A stretch of DNA of 64,000 nucleotides. Source: Bacillota bacterium (GTDB lineage: Bacteria; Armatimonadota; HRBIN16). The notes below the pieces were generated by a model. The model was not told where the DNA came from and ran no database searches. It saw only the letters and a list, made by a program, of their open reading frames with translations. The stretch spans positions 13,637 to 77,636 of the forward strand of contig JAIMBJ010000011.1 of assembly GCA_023511455.1 (NCBI GenBank). The letters run 5' to 3'. Below, in pieces: positions 36,079-46,874 of this stretch (positions are counted from its first letter, which is position 1; each line of letters starts with the position of its first letter). Both the position numbers and the translations under genes were made by a program.

Positions 36079-36816
36079 TCACCCCTGCAACCGCGCGAAG
36101 ACCGCCTTCGCTAACCGTTTGAGGGCTGAGGGAACAGGAACATAGCTCAAACGGTCATACACGGTGTGCAACAGCAGCAGGTAGCGGTTGCGCCAGCGGT
36201 CGGCGGGGGCGTTCCGCGTCACCTTCTGCCCGAAAGTGATGGAATGGACAAAGCCCACGTGTCGGAAGCTCTCCGACCGGTAGATCGACTCCCGTGCCAC
36301 CCGGCGGGGGCCTGCCCACCGGATGGTATCGTGCATCAACAGGTAGCCGCGCTCCATCAGTTTGGGGAACCACAGGTCGAAATCCTGACGCACCATCTCG
36401 TAGCGGTGGTCGCCATCGATGAAGAGCAGTTCCACCGGCTGGTCGAAGTATGCCGCCGCTTCGGCCGAGGTAGCCACGATGGGTTCTACCACCGCTTCCA
36501 CCCCCGCCCGACGCAGATTAGCCAGAAATTCGTCATACGTCCACACCGGCGCGCCGCCGTGCCGGTGTTCCGTCGAGCCGGTGTGCGGGTCGATAGCCAC
36601 CACTCGGGTTCGTGCCCCTGCCAGCGACCCCTTTGCCAGCCAGATGGTGGACTTGCCCTTGAAGGAGCCTATTTCCACAATCACTCCTTCGCCGGTGCAA
36701 GCCCGCGCCAGTCGGTACAGCAGTTCGCCCTCTTCAGCGGTCAACCACCCCTCTACGCCGGAGGTGATGTCCAGCAGCTCCTGCCGAACGTCTGACGATA
36801 TCGGCGGAAGGTTCAC
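36079..36816 (-). CDS. Class I SAM-dependent O-methyltransferase, TylF/MycF (Methyltransf_24)-like
   Basis: VIVEIGSFKGKSTIWLA ... LLFIDGDHRYEMVRQDFDLW. A candidate GTG start overlaps the esterase stop (GTGA), so the start is uncertain. Confidence 0.7.
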   Translation of the reverse strand: MNLPPISSDVRQELLDITSGVEGWLTAEEGELLYRLARACTGEGVIVEIGSFKGKSTIWLAKGSLAGARTRVVAIDPHTGSTEHRHGGAPVWTYDEFLANLRRAGVEAVVEPIVATSAEAAAYFDQPVELLFIDGDHRYEMVRQDFDLWFPKLMERGYLLMHDTIRWAGPRRVARESIYRSESFRHVGFVHSITFGQKVTRNAPADRWRNRYLLLLHTVYDRLSYVPVPSALKRLAKAVFARLQG

Positions 36817-37550
36817 TGTCCCATCGCTTCCATCACGAACTGTAACACCTGCTGAATATGTTCGTCCCAGTAGTCCCACGTGTGCGCGCCCGGAAACTCG
36901 TGGTAGACATGCGGGATGCCCAGTGACTCCAGATGTGCATGGAAGGCGCGATTGTCCTCAATCAGAAAGTCTTCTACCCCGCAGTCCAGCCACAGTTTGG
37001 GCAGCTGTGACCTGTCCACCTTCTCTATTAGCGCAAAAAGGTCTTTGTCGGAGCCCTGCGGGTTCTCTCCGAAGATGCGCTTGAAGTCTGGCGGCATCTC
37101 ATCGGTGATGGGCTTGTGTCCAACGGCGACTGCTCCCGAGAGACTGGCAGCCGCGACGAAACTCTCGGGGTGATGCAGGGCAAGGCTCATCGCGCCATAG
37201 CCACCCATCGATAGCCCCGCGATGGCGCGGTGCTGGCGGTCTCGGGCGGCAGGGAAAAGCCGCTCCGTTTGTCCCACCACGTCCTTCATGATATGGTCCT
37301 CGCAGGAATCACCGTTCACCGCGTTGGTGTACCAGCCTCTCCCCCCGTCGGGCATCACCACAATCAATGGCAAGTCGCGCACATACCACTCAATCCGACT
37401 GCGACGAAGCCAGATAGAAGCATCGTCGGATAACCCGTGCAACAGGTAAAGCACTGGAAAAGGTCCTTCGCCGCTGTCCGGCAGTACGACCACCATCTCC
37501 GATGCTTTCCCCAGCGACTGGCTGAAAAAGCGCAGTTGACACAGTGCCAT
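36813..37550 (-). CDS. Esterase-family protein (esterase D / S-formylglutathione hydrolase-like)
   Basis: LYLLHGLSDD ... GLSMGGYGA (GxSxG nucleophile elbow). Confidence 0.8.
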   Translation of the reverse strand: MALCQLRFFSQSLGKASEMVVVLPDSGEGPFPVLYLLHGLSDDASIWLRRSRIEWYVRDLPLIVVMPDGGRGWYTNAVNGDSCEDHIMKDVVGQTERLFPAARDRQHRAIAGLSMGGYGAMSLALHHPESFVAAASLSGAVAVGHKPITDEMPPDFKRIFGENPQGSDKDLFALIEKVDRSQLPKLWLDCGVEDFLIEDNRAFHAHLESLGIPHVYHEFPGAHTWDYWDEHIQQVLQFVMEAMGQ

Positions 37551-37675
37551 GTTCTGTAACCTCCTCGACATTACTTTCTCTCATAGAGCCGGCAATGTCC
37601 TGCCCGTCGCCATTTGACGCCTCGTGCTTCAGCGGTTATAATGTGCCCGTAGCGATTTGCAGGGAGGCGATAGAG

Positions 37676-38713
37676 ATGCCAGAGGAACCGGTGACTTACC
37701 GCCAGGCAGGTGTGGATATCGACGCCGCACATGCTGCACTGCTGCGCATGAAGGAACTGATTCGCGCCACCCAAACGCCGCAGGTGCTGGCAGATGTAGG
37801 CGCATTTGGTGGGATGTTTCAGCTGGACATCAGCCGCTACCGCCAACCGGTACTGGTTTCCAGCGTGGATGGCGTGGGCACCAAGCTGAAGGTGGCGTTC
37901 ATGATGGGACGTCATGACACCGTCGGGCATGACCTGGTGAACCATTGTGTGAACGATATCCTCGTGCAGGGGGCGCAACCGCTTTTCTTTCTGGACTACT
38001 TCGCTACCGGCAAACTGCAGCCGGAGGTGCTGGTGGAGGTCGCGAAGGGGTTGTCCGAGGCGTGTCAGGAAGCAGGCTGTGCCCTGCTGGGCGGTGAGAC
38101 CGCCGAGATGCCCGGCATGTATGCGGACGGGGAGTACGACCTCGCCGGAACGATTGTGGGTATTGTCGAACGGGATGCCATTATCGACGGTAGCCGCGTG
38201 CAGCCCGGCGATGCCGTGATTGGACTGGCTTCGAACGGCTTGCACACCAACGGCTACTCGCTGGCACGGTATGTGCTGTTCGAACTGGCGGGTATGCGCG
38301 TGGATAGTTATGTGCCCGAGCTGGGAACCTCGCTGGGTGAGGAGCTGTTACGCCCGCACCGATGCTACCTGCGCCCCATCACGGCGGCGTTGCAACAGTT
38401 TGACATCCACGCGATGGCACACATCACCGGCGGCGGTTTCTATGATAATATCCCGCGCGTGCTTCCCAGCGACTGCCGGGTGATTATCGACCGCCGTTCG
38501 TGGGAGGTGCCGTTCATCTTCCGACTGATTCAGGAGAAGGGCAACGTGCCCGACCCCGAGATGTTCCGCACGTTCAACATGGGCATCGGCATGGTGGTGA
38601 TTGTGCCGCGCGAGCAGAGCCTCGCGCTGGTGGAGTTCCTGCAGGTGCAGGGCGAGGAGGCGGCGTTAATCGGTGAAGTGCAGCGCGGCAGTCACGACGT
38701 GCAAATCATGTAG
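37676..38713 (+). CDS. purM: Phosphoribosylformylglycinamidine cyclo-ligase (AIR synthetase)
   Basis: YRQAGVDIDAAHA ... VDGVGTKLKVA ... HDLVNHCVNDILVQGAQPLFFLDYFATGKL. Confidence 0.92.
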   Translation: MPEEPVTYRQAGVDIDAAHAALLRMKELIRATQTPQVLADVGAFGGMFQLDISRYRQPVLVSSVDGVGTKLKVAFMMGRHDTVGHDLVNHCVNDILVQGAQPLFFLDYFATGKLQPEVLVEVAKGLSEACQEAGCALLGGETAEMPGMYADGEYDLAGTIVGIVERDAIIDGSRVQPGDAVIGLASNGLHTNGYSLARYVLFELAGMRVDSYVPELGTSLGEELLRPHRCYLRPITAALQQFDIHAMAHITGGGFYDNIPRVLPSDCRVIIDRRSWEVPFIFRLIQEKGNVPDPEMFRTFNMGIGMVVIVPREQSLALVEFLQVQGEEAALIGEVQRGSHDVQIM

Positions 38714-38732
38714 TTTCGGCAACGGAAGACGG

Positions 38733-39656
38733 TTACTCTCCTTCTTCCTGCTTGCCCAAATCCTCCGGCGGGGTGGAACGACCAACCAGTCCCGCTAAAG
38801 CGATGATGGTGAGCAGGTAGGGCAGGGAGAGCAGCACTTCCGAAGGGACGCGCACCCCGAACAGCGTTTCGCCCTGCAATCGCTGTTGCAGTGCATCCAG
38901 AAAGCCGAAGCCCAGCGCGGCAGCGGTAGCACCCAGCGGAGTCCATCTACCGAAGATGACCGCTGCCAGTGCAATGAAGCCTTTACCTGCGCTCATGCCT
39001 TCGGTGAAGACGTTCAGCTGGCTCAAAGAGAGGTAAGTGCCCGCCAGCGCCGCCAGCGCACCGCTCCACATCACGCAACGGTATCGGATGGCGGCGACAT
39101 CGATGCCTGCCAGTCGGCTCTTGCGTGCGCTTTCGCCCGCCGCTCGCACGCGCAGTCCCCACATGGTGTGGTAGAGCAAACCGTGTAACACGAACGGCAG
39201 GACGAGCATCAGCACCACAAACGGGCTTTGACGGGATAGCAAGCCGCCCAGCAGTGGTATCGGCTGGAGCCATTGCAGACTCCATTCGGGCACACCACTT
39301 GCGCCCGGAGGCATGGCGAAGAAGCGGCGCAACAGAAACACGGTCAACCCCGCTGCAAGGAGATTCACCGCCATACCGCCCACCACGTGGTTGGCGCGGA
39401 ACCTCTGGGTGAGCAGGGCGTGCAAAAAGCCCAGTAGCGCACCAGCCAGCATACCGCACAGCACGCCCAGCCAGCCGTTACCCAGTGCAACCGCTGCTGC
39501 CCAGCCCACGAACGCGCCCATCAACATCTGCCCCTCGAGGCCGATGTTGACCACGCCGCTGCGTTCGGACAGGATGCCACCCATCGCTGCCAGCGCAAGC
39601 GGGGTTGCCAGCCGAAGCGCACTGCGAAACAGTTCGATATCGAACACCTCGCCCAT
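38733..39656 (-). CDS. ABC transporter permease (BMP/CUT2 family)
   Basis: Polytopic permease, third gene of the ATPase-permease-permease operon. Confidence 0.85.
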   Translation of the reverse strand: MGEVFDIELFRSALRLATPLALAAMGGILSERSGVVNIGLEGQMLMGAFVGWAAAVALGNGWLGVLCGMLAGALLGFLHALLTQRFRANHVVGGMAVNLLAAGLTVFLLRRFFAMPPGASGVPEWSLQWLQPIPLLGGLLSRQSPFVVLMLVLPFVLHGLLYHTMWGLRVRAAGESARKSRLAGIDVAAIRYRCVMWSGALAALAGTYLSLSQLNVFTEGMSAGKGFIALAAVIFGRWTPLGATAAALGFGFLDALQQRLQGETLFGVRVPSEVLLSLPYLLTIIALAGLVGRSTPPEDLGKQEEGE

Positions 39657-40675
39657 CAGCTACTCCTCTGCCGGAAGCGCATCGCCGCCAGAAAGAAGAT
39701 AATTACCGCCTGCACCACGGTGGTAATCTCTCGGGGCACGGCGGGAACGGTTACCGACTGCATATACACCGCGCCGTTCTTCATCGCGCCAAAGACAAAA
39801 GCAGCAAGCACCGCACCCAGCGGATGGTTATTGCCCAGCAGGGCGACCGCAATCCCGTCGAAGCCGTAGCCGGGCGAGAACTGGTCGTAATAGCGATGGT
39901 GCACGCCCAGCACCTCGACCGCTCCCGCTAGACCGCCTATCGCCCCGCTGATTGCCATGCTTGTCCATATCACGCGCGAGACCTGGATGCCAGCCGCTCG
40001 CGCCGCCTCGGGGTTTGCCCCCACCGCCCGCAGTTCATAGCCCCACACCGTACGCTTCAGCAAATACCACAGTATCAGCGCGGTCGCCAGCGCTATCAGC
40101 AGTCCAACACTGAGCCGGGTGCCTTCTACCAGGGTGGGCAGCCACGCCGAGGGCAACACTTCAGGTGTCTGCGGCGACATGGAATTGGGGTCTTTCCAGA
40201 CCCTGGTGACCAGATACTGCGTGAGATAAATCGCAATGTAGTTCATCATGATGGTGGTGATGACTTCGTGCGCGCCTCGCCACGCCTTCAGGATGCCCGG
40301 TATCCAGCCCCAGATTGCGCCCGCCAGCGCGCCAGCCAGCAACGCCAGCACCACATGCAAAGGCGCAGGCAGACCCGATATCGCAAACCCCACCCATGCC
40401 GACGCCAGCGCGCCTACCAGCAGTTGCCCCTCGACGCCGATGTTGAACTGTCCCGCCAGCAGTCCGACCGCCACCGCCAGACCGGTAAACAGTAGTGGAG
40501 TGGTGTTCAGCAGGCTTTCGGGCAGAGCGCCCGGGGCAGACACCGCGCCTTCCCACCATGCGGCCAGCGCGGGTAGGGGAGGACTGCCTGACAGCGCGAT
40601 GACCACCGCCGCGACGATGACCGCTACCACAAACACAACGGCGGGGAGCACAACGGCGCGCCACGCGGTTCTCAT
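39656..40675 (-). CDS. ABC transporter permease (BMP/CUT2 family)
   Basis: Polytopic permease. Its start overlaps the ATPase stop. Confidence 0.85.
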   Translation of the reverse strand: MRTAWRAVVLPAVVFVVAVIVAAVVIALSGSPPLPALAAWWEGAVSAPGALPESLLNTTPLLFTGLAVAVGLLAGQFNIGVEGQLLVGALASAWVGFAISGLPAPLHVVLALLAGALAGAIWGWIPGILKAWRGAHEVITTIMMNYIAIYLTQYLVTRVWKDPNSMSPQTPEVLPSAWLPTLVEGTRLSVGLLIALATALILWYLLKRTVWGYELRAVGANPEAARAAGIQVSRVIWTSMAISGAIGGLAGAVEVLGVHHRYYDQFSPGYGFDGIAVALLGNNHPLGAVLAAFVFGAMKNGAVYMQSVTVPAVPREITTVVQAVIIFFLAAMRFRQRSS

Positions 40676-42234
40676 GCGCCCCCTCCTTTGACCGCGCCGA
40701 CCATCAACGCGCCAATCTCCTCGCGCCGTTTGCGCTCGCCTTCCACCACGTCCACCATGCGCCCATCAAAAAGCACGCCCACGCGGTCACACAGGGTAAG
40801 CAGTTCGTCCAGGTCAAACGACACCACCAGTGCGCAGGCTCCCTGTCCACAGGCGTCGCGGATGGCATGGTGAACGGCTCGCGTGCTGGCGGCATCCAGT
40901 CCCCGCGTCGGTTGTCCCGCGATGAGCAGGGCAGGGGGTTCCATCAGCGCACGTCCGACCACCACCTTCTGCTGGTTGCCTCCGGACAGGGCGGAGAACG
41001 GCGCATCGGCGGCAGGCGCGCGCACCGCGAACCTGTGGATAATCTTCTGAGCGAACTCTTTCATGCGCGCAAACGACAGGGAAAACCTCGAACCGAACCT
41101 GCCCTCTCGCTGAAGACCCAGCGCCGCGTTCTCTGCGACCGACCATTCCAGAATCGCCCCGCGCAGATGGCGGTCCTCGGCGATGTAGCGTACGCCTTTG
41201 TGCAGGCGCACGGCAGGAGGCGCGTGTGTGATGTCTTCACCGTCCAGCCAGATGCGCCCCTGTGTTGGGGATACCAGCCCCATCAGGGCATCGATGAGTT
41301 CAGCCTGACCGCTACCATCTACGCCAGCGATACCGAACACCTCGCCCGGGTAGACCTGCAAAGAGACACCTTTCAGCCCTGCCCGACTGCGCACGGGAGG
41401 CACGGTTAGCCCCTCTACCCGCAAGCGAGGCTGGTCGCTCAGCCTTTTGCCCTGCAGCATCTCTTCCTCGGGCAACACCCCCTCCTCGCCGACGATGAGC
41501 CTTGCCAGCGTGCGGGCGTCGACCTGCGGCGGCGCACCCGGCTTTTCACGCACCGTCATGGTGGCAACTACCTCGCCAGCCCGCAATACGGTCACCTCGT
41601 CCGCATGTTCCAGAACCTCCTGCAGCTTGTGCGTGACCAGCAGCACCGTGCGTCCCTCCTCGGCGAAACGGTGCAACAGCGCGAAGAACGCCTCAGCGTC
41701 GGCAGGAGGCAAAACAGCGGTTGGCTCATCGAAGACAAGCACGCGCGCGTCGCGCAACAGCAGCTTCAGTATCTCCACCTTCTGCTGCTGCGATACCGAT
41801 AGTGAGCCTGCGGGAGCATCCCAGTCCGCCTGCAGCCCAATGACCTCAGCCAGCTCCTTCGCCCGCGCCCGCACCTGTGAGCGAGGCAGGCGAGAAAACA
41901 AGGCTCCTTCGCCGCTGAGCATCAGGTTCTCCAGCACACTCAGTCGGGGGATGAGCGCATAGTGCTGGCTGACCATGCCCACGCCTGCCTGCAATGCCTC
42001 CGCAGGCGAACGGAAGCGCACAGGTTGTGCATACAGGTACACCGTGCCGCTATCCGGTGGGAAGACGCCGTACAGGATGTTCATCAGGGTGGTTTTGCCC
42101 GCGCCGTTTTCGCCCACAATCGCATGGATAGTGCCCTGTCGGACGGAGACGGTGATGTGGTTGTTCGCCTGCACCGCTCCAAACCGCTTGCAGATATTTT
42201 CCATGTGCACGACAACAGGCGTATCGTTGCTCAT
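40672..42234 (-). CDS. ABC transporter ATP-binding protein with duplicated nucleotide-binding domains (nucleoside/sugar type)
   Basis: Two Walker A motifs (GENGAGKTTL and GVDGSGQAEL) and two signature motifs (LSGGNQQKV in the second half). No substrate-binding-protein gene is adjacent. Confidence 0.9.
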   Translation of the reverse strand: MSNDTPVVVHMENICKRFGAVQANNHITVSVRQGTIHAIVGENGAGKTTLMNILYGVFPPDSGTVYLYAQPVRFRSPAEALQAGVGMVSQHYALIPRLSVLENLMLSGEGALFSRLPRSQVRARAKELAEVIGLQADWDAPAGSLSVSQQQKVEILKLLLRDARVLVFDEPTAVLPPADAEAFFALLHRFAEEGRTVLLVTHKLQEVLEHADEVTVLRAGEVVATMTVREKPGAPPQVDARTLARLIVGEEGVLPEEEMLQGKRLSDQPRLRVEGLTVPPVRSRAGLKGVSLQVYPGEVFGIAGVDGSGQAELIDALMGLVSPTQGRIWLDGEDITHAPPAVRLHKGVRYIAEDRHLRGAILEWSVAENAALGLQREGRFGSRFSLSFARMKEFAQKIIHRFAVRAPAADAPFSALSGGNQQKVVVGRALMEPPALLIAGQPTRGLDAASTRAVHHAIRDACGQGACALVVSFDLDELLTLCDRVGVLFDGRMVDVVEGERKRREEIGALMVGAVKGGGA

Positions 42235-43406
42235 TCCTGCACGCTTTGCTCCAGGCAGACGGCTCTGGCGATATTGGGGTCGGTGCGGCGTATCTCTTGC
42301 GCCACCGGCTTCGCCTGCGAGGCGGAGCGCAGCTCGGCAAGGAGTGAGTCGTATTCCTCGCCATCTAGAGGCAGGGACACCGGCTTCTCTCTCTTTGCGG
42401 AGAGAATGATAGCGTTTGCCAGCTCAAGGCTCCGCAAAGCCTCCTCTCCCGGGGCGATCAGACGATGTTCTGTTCCCGTCAGCACCCGCGCGAAGTTGCG
42501 GATGACCGCTTCGTGCCCGGTAACCGCTTCCGGCAACTCGGTAGCGACAGGTTGCGCTGCGGGGAGCTCCCACATATCCTGTGCCTCATGCATATATTGC
42601 GGGATGGGAGGAACAATGCGCGTGACCGTCACCTGCTCGCCGTCGATCACCACCTTGCCTGCCTCACCGACGATTTCAAAGTAGCGGGTAGGGGGTACCT
42701 CGTTCACATTCACGTAGAGGTAGCCATGCGCTCCGTTCGGGTACTCCAGCAGGGCGAATGCCTCATCTTCCACCTCTATCTGGTGGTAACGGGTGCGTAT
42801 CTGTGCGTTCACCCGGCACGGCATTCCCGCCAGCCAGCAGAAGATATCCAGATGGTGCGGTGCTTGATTCATCAGCACCCCTCCGCCTTCCCCTGCCCAC
42901 GTGCCCCGCCATGCAGCTGAGCGGTAATATGCCTCATTGCGGCACCAGGTGGCGATGGTGTGCGCTCGCAACAGGTTGCCCACGATACCCTCTTCCACCG
43001 CTTGCCTCGCGATGCGATAGTGCCTTTCGGTGCGCATCTGCAGCATGGCACCGAGCAGGCATCCGCGCTGACGCGCCGACTCCACCATACGGCGACCTTC
43101 GGAAGTACTGACCGCCAGTGGTTTTTCGCAGAGCACATGCACGCCGTGTTCGAAGGCGCACTCGGCGATTTCCGCGTGCAACGGGTGCGGTGTGGCGATA
43201 AGCACCGCGTCTACCAGCCCACTGCCCAGCAGTTGCCGATAGTCGGTAAAGCCGGGTACGCCAAACTGTTGTGCCACCTGCCGGGTGCGTTCTGCCGAAG
43301 CGGAGCAGACCGCGGTGAGCTCGGTCTCTTCGATACGCTGGACAAGGGTGGCATGCGCCACACCCATACCACCCACCCCAATGACGCCAAAGCGCACCCG
43401 TTGCAT
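42231..43406 (-). CDS. Gfo/Idh/MocA-family oxidoreductase
   Basis: VRFGVIGVGGMG ... EKP Rossmann N-terminus. A tandem paralog lies upstream. Confidence 0.85.
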   Translation of the reverse strand: MQRVRFGVIGVGGMGVAHATLVQRIEETELTAVCSASAERTRQVAQQFGVPGFTDYRQLLGSGLVDAVLIATPHPLHAEIAECAFEHGVHVLCEKPLAVSTSEGRRMVESARQRGCLLGAMLQMRTERHYRIARQAVEEGIVGNLLRAHTIATWCRNEAYYRSAAWRGTWAGEGGGVLMNQAPHHLDIFCWLAGMPCRVNAQIRTRYHQIEVEDEAFALLEYPNGAHGYLYVNVNEVPPTRYFEIVGEAGKVVIDGEQVTVTRIVPPIPQYMHEAQDMWELPAAQPVATELPEAVTGHEAVIRNFARVLTGTEHRLIAPGEEALRSLELANAIILSAKREKPVSLPLDGEEYDSLLAELRSASQAKPVAQEIRRTDPNIARAVCLEQSVQE

Positions 43407-43414
43407 GAAGACCA

Positions 43415-44557
43415 CTACCTGACGATGTTCGGGTCGGATACCCGTTGACCAAGCACTCTGCTCTTGGGTTTGGAGCTGGCTTTCAGCTCCCGGAGCAGGG
43501 CATCGTACTCGGCACGGTCTACCGGCAGAGTGACCGTCTTACCCCGCTTGCTGGAAAGGATGATGGCGCTGGCAAGCTCCACACACCAGATACCTTCCTC
43601 TCCGGGCGCGATCAGCGGTTCACCATAGAGGATAGCCCGTGCGAAGTTGCGAGTAATCTGCGCATGACCGGCGGGCATCTCTTCTACCTGCACCTCTACC
43701 GGCTCTACCTGCGGTCCCGACCACATATCGGTCGCGGTGAAGGTAAACTCGCGGATGGGCGGCACGACTCGCCGGATGGTAACCTGTCCGTCCTGATACA
43801 CCACCTTGCCCTTGTCGCCAGCGATTTCAAAGCGCGTGGTGCCCGGAGCCTCGTTGGTGGTGGTATACAGGTAACCGTGCGCGCCGTTGGCGTACTCCAG
43901 CACGGCGAATGCCTCATCTTCTACCTCGATCTCATGCAGGCGCGTGCGCGTGGACGCCGTGACCTTCGCTGGTAGCCCTGCCAGCCAGCAGAACATGTCC
44001 AGTGCATGAGGCGCCTGGTTCACCAGCACACCACCACCCTCGCCGACCCATGTCGCTCGCCACTCCGCCGAGTCGTAGTACGCCTGATTGCGGTAGTAAG
44101 CGGCGACCATTTCGGTGCGCATGAGGTCTCCAATCACACCGTCCTGTATCGCCTTGCGGGCGACGCGATAGGCTTGTTCGGTGCGCATCTGGAACATGAT
44201 GGCGAACACTTTGCCCGCACGTCTGGCAGCTTCTAGCATACGGTCGGCTTCTACCGGATTAATCGCCATCGGCTTCTCGGTCAACACGTGCAACCCCTTG
44301 CTGAAAGCGTATTCCGCCACTTCAGGATGCACCGGATGCGGCGTAGCCACAAGCACCGCCTCTACCAGCCCGCTGTCAATGCACTGCCGGTAATCGGTAA
44401 AGAAAGGCACGTTGTACTGCTCGCCGACATTCTTCGCGACGTCCGGGTCCACATCGGCAACCGCCGTCAACTGCACCTCTTCCACTTCCTGTACCATCTT
44501 CGCGTGGGCGGAACCCATGCCTCCCACCCCAATAATGCCCAAACGTACCTTATCCAT
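43415..44557 (-). CDS. Gfo/Idh/MocA-family oxidoreductase (paralog)
   Basis: VRLGIIGVGGMG ... EKP. About 55% identical to the downstream paralog. Confidence 0.85.
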   Translation of the reverse strand: MDKVRLGIIGVGGMGSAHAKMVQEVEEVQLTAVADVDPDVAKNVGEQYNVPFFTDYRQCIDSGLVEAVLVATPHPVHPEVAEYAFSKGLHVLTEKPMAINPVEADRMLEAARRAGKVFAIMFQMRTEQAYRVARKAIQDGVIGDLMRTEMVAAYYRNQAYYDSAEWRATWVGEGGGVLVNQAPHALDMFCWLAGLPAKVTASTRTRLHEIEVEDEAFAVLEYANGAHGYLYTTTNEAPGTTRFEIAGDKGKVVYQDGQVTIRRVVPPIREFTFTATDMWSGPQVEPVEVQVEEMPAGHAQITRNFARAILYGEPLIAPGEEGIWCVELASAIILSSKRGKTVTLPVDRAEYDALLRELKASSKPKSRVLGQRVSDPNIVR

Positions 44558-44700
44558 GCTCCAAACCTCCCTGATTGCACGCCTTCGTGTGCCATATTCG
44601 CTCCGGAGCGTTTTTCTCCCTGCCCATGATTCGGGCGAATGTGGTAGAACAGGGATGCAGGAGGTGAGTTACAGGGTGAACTTCAGGACGCTTCACTCGT

Positions 44701-45933
44701 TTATGTTTGTTTTCGCAGAGGACGAGGTTCTGGCTCCTTCGTGACCCGCAGTCCGGCACGCTGCAGTCCTCGCTGTATTTCCGCGCGACGCAGAAACATC
44801 TTCCACACACTACCGGTACGGTAGTTCTCTATCGCCAGCAACGCCATTCCCAGGTCGATACCGATGACATCCTTGTCCCACCAGTCCCTGTCCACGTTGA
44901 AGGCGTTGCTAAATCCGTAGCGTCCCCAGATTCTGGAGCGATATCTGTCGTACATCGCCTGCATTGCGTGCAAAGATTCTTTATGGGTGAAGATGATAGA
45001 ACCGATGGGAGCGGTAGGAGCCACCGTGCCGTCTGTGGGGTCTCCCATACCGAAAGGCGCGTAGCCGCGATAGCCGTCCGGTCCATCCGAAGCGGTGATG
45101 CCCCAGATATCCTCACTGAAGGTGCGGAACCGGTGCTGTTGGTCGATACAATACTGCCGGTTCGCCAGCGTGGCATGAACCGAGCTCACCCAGTAATCCC
45201 AGCCCAGTGCGTCGCGCCGGTCGCGCAGGTCGATGTAGTGATGTGACATTTGATGCACGAACAGCGGTCCGCCAAGCAGGTGGGGAAACCGTTGCCGGTA
45301 CTTCATCACGGGTCGTTCCCACGCTTTCCAGATTGCCTCGGGTAGTTTCTGGTGCGGCGCTCCCAGCGCCAGAACATACAGGATGATGTGCTCGCAGTAG
45401 TAGTCCCAGCGGTTTTTCAAGAAGCCCTCTTCGGGGCGCCAGCCGTGTGTAAAGCGCATCTCATCGGGTTTGCTGCCGCCGTCGGTGCGCATCGCTTCGA
45501 AATCGAGCCTCCGGTAGAATCTGTCCACCAGTCTGGCAACTTCTCCCTTGAAGAACTCTGCTGCCACCAACGCCCCTGCCAGAAACAGCGCAGTGTCGAT
45601 AGTGGAAACCTCACAGTTCCACACGCGCTTGCCGTCGCGCCAGTCCACGAAGTGATACAGCCAGCCGTGGAAGTGGAACATGTCGTTCAGCACAAAGCGC
45701 AGTGTGGTCAGGGTGCGTTGTTCCGCCCGCTTGCGTTCCAGCCAGCCGCGCTGCACCGCCACCACATATGCTGCCAGCGCGTAGCCGGTGCTGGCGATGC
45801 TGGAGACGGTGTAATCGTCTTGGGAGAAGTTGTTCGCGCGGTCTTTGGTCAAACCGGTGTCCGGATGGGACTCATTCCAGAAGAATCGCCATGCGCGCTG
45901 CTGTACCTCGTTCAGTAACTGCTGTGTGTTCAC
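44701..45933 (-). CDS. Glucoamylase-like (alpha/alpha)6 protein, possibly a GH144-family endo-beta-1,2-glucanase
   Basis: 410 aa, Trp/aromatic-rich toroid-type sequence with no signal peptide. The family call is tentative. Confidence 0.5.
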   Translation of the reverse strand: MNTQQLLNEVQQRAWRFFWNESHPDTGLTKDRANNFSQDDYTVSSIASTGYALAAYVVAVQRGWLERKRAEQRTLTTLRFVLNDMFHFHGWLYHFVDWRDGKRVWNCEVSTIDTALFLAGALVAAEFFKGEVARLVDRFYRRLDFEAMRTDGGSKPDEMRFTHGWRPEEGFLKNRWDYYCEHIILYVLALGAPHQKLPEAIWKAWERPVMKYRQRFPHLLGGPLFVHQMSHHYIDLRDRRDALGWDYWVSSVHATLANRQYCIDQQHRFRTFSEDIWGITASDGPDGYRGYAPFGMGDPTDGTVAPTAPIGSIIFTHKESLHAMQAMYDRYRSRIWGRYGFSNAFNVDRDWWDKDVIGIDLGMALLAIENYRTGSVWKMFLRRAEIQRGLQRAGLRVTKEPEPRPLRKQT

Positions 45934-45996
45934 CGCTCAGCTCCTTCAGAGAGAGGAAAAGGGGCGGAGGTCGATGCCTCCGCCCGAGGAGGGTGC

Positions 45997-46836
45997 TTAG
46001 CGCACCTGTCCGTTAGCAACCGCCTGACGGAAAGTGCTGCACATGGTATCCAGCCACGTCAGGTCCATATTGCCGATAATCACACGCCCGTTGGCATCCT
46101 TGGCGTAGCCCCACTTATTGGTGCCGTCGGGGTTGTCGTGCGTGCAGACGGCATCCCAGGTGGTCCACTTGGCGTGACCGTCCAGGTAGGTCAGGTTGAT
46201 GGCCCGGTCGCTGCCTCGGTGCCTTGCGCCGAAGTTCGAGCCGGCGGCGCCCCAGTTGGGGTCAAACGCCATCCAGGGACCGTAGTCGGGCCACACGTCC
46301 TTATGCTCGCCTACGATGAGCGTGTTGGCTGGATAGGGGAAGTTGACCTCTGCGTAGTTAAAGCCCGCCCACCAGTCACCGGAGCCTACGGGAGAACCCG
46401 ACTTGAAGAAGGCGTGGTACAGGAAGTAGCTGCGGAAGGTCTTCTGAACGGTAGGAGGATAGACCTCGCAGTCCACGGTGCCGTTGCCGTCCAGGTCACC
46501 GCTGGTGTCGTCCAGTGTGTTCTTCAATGGGTTGGTGGGGCACTTGAACAGGTCCCAGTTCTTCACGTAGGGGTGGAGCATGTGCTTCCAGTTGGCGTCA
46601 CAGCCCTGAGCACACCAGTTGCCCGGGCAGGTGCGGCGCATGGGAAGCACTTCATCGTAGTCCTGCGTGTACATACGGATGGCGAGACCAATCTGCTTCA
46701 TATTGGACAGACAGGACGAGACCCTTGCTCCTTCTCGCGCCTGCGAGAACACGGGGAACAGGATGGCTGCCAGTATCGCGATAATCGCGATAACCACCAG
46801 CAGCTCGATGAGCGTAAAAGCCCGGTTGTGTTTCAT
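45997..46836 (-). CDS. Prepilin-type N-terminal cleavage/methylation-domain protein (DUF1559)
   Basis: [30 protein letters not shown] is a type IV pilin-like leader plus DUF1559 body. RBS aaggagg. Confidence 0.8.
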   Translation of the reverse strand: MKHNRAFTLIELLVVIAIIAILAAILFPVFSQAREGARVSSCLSNMKQIGLAIRMYTQDYDEVLPMRRTCPGNWCAQGCDANWKHMLHPYVKNWDLFKCPTNPLKNTLDDTSGDLDGNGTVDCEVYPPTVQKTFRSYFLYHAFFKSGSPVGSGDWWAGFNYAEVNFPYPANTLIVGEHKDVWPDYGPWMAFDPNWGAAGSNFGARHRGSDRAINLTYLDGHAKWTTWDAVCTHDNPDGTNKWGYAKDANGRVIIGNMDLTWLDTMCSTFRQAVANGQVR

Positions 46837-46874
46837 GTGTGTTCGACCTCCTTTGTGATGATATGATGCCCTTT

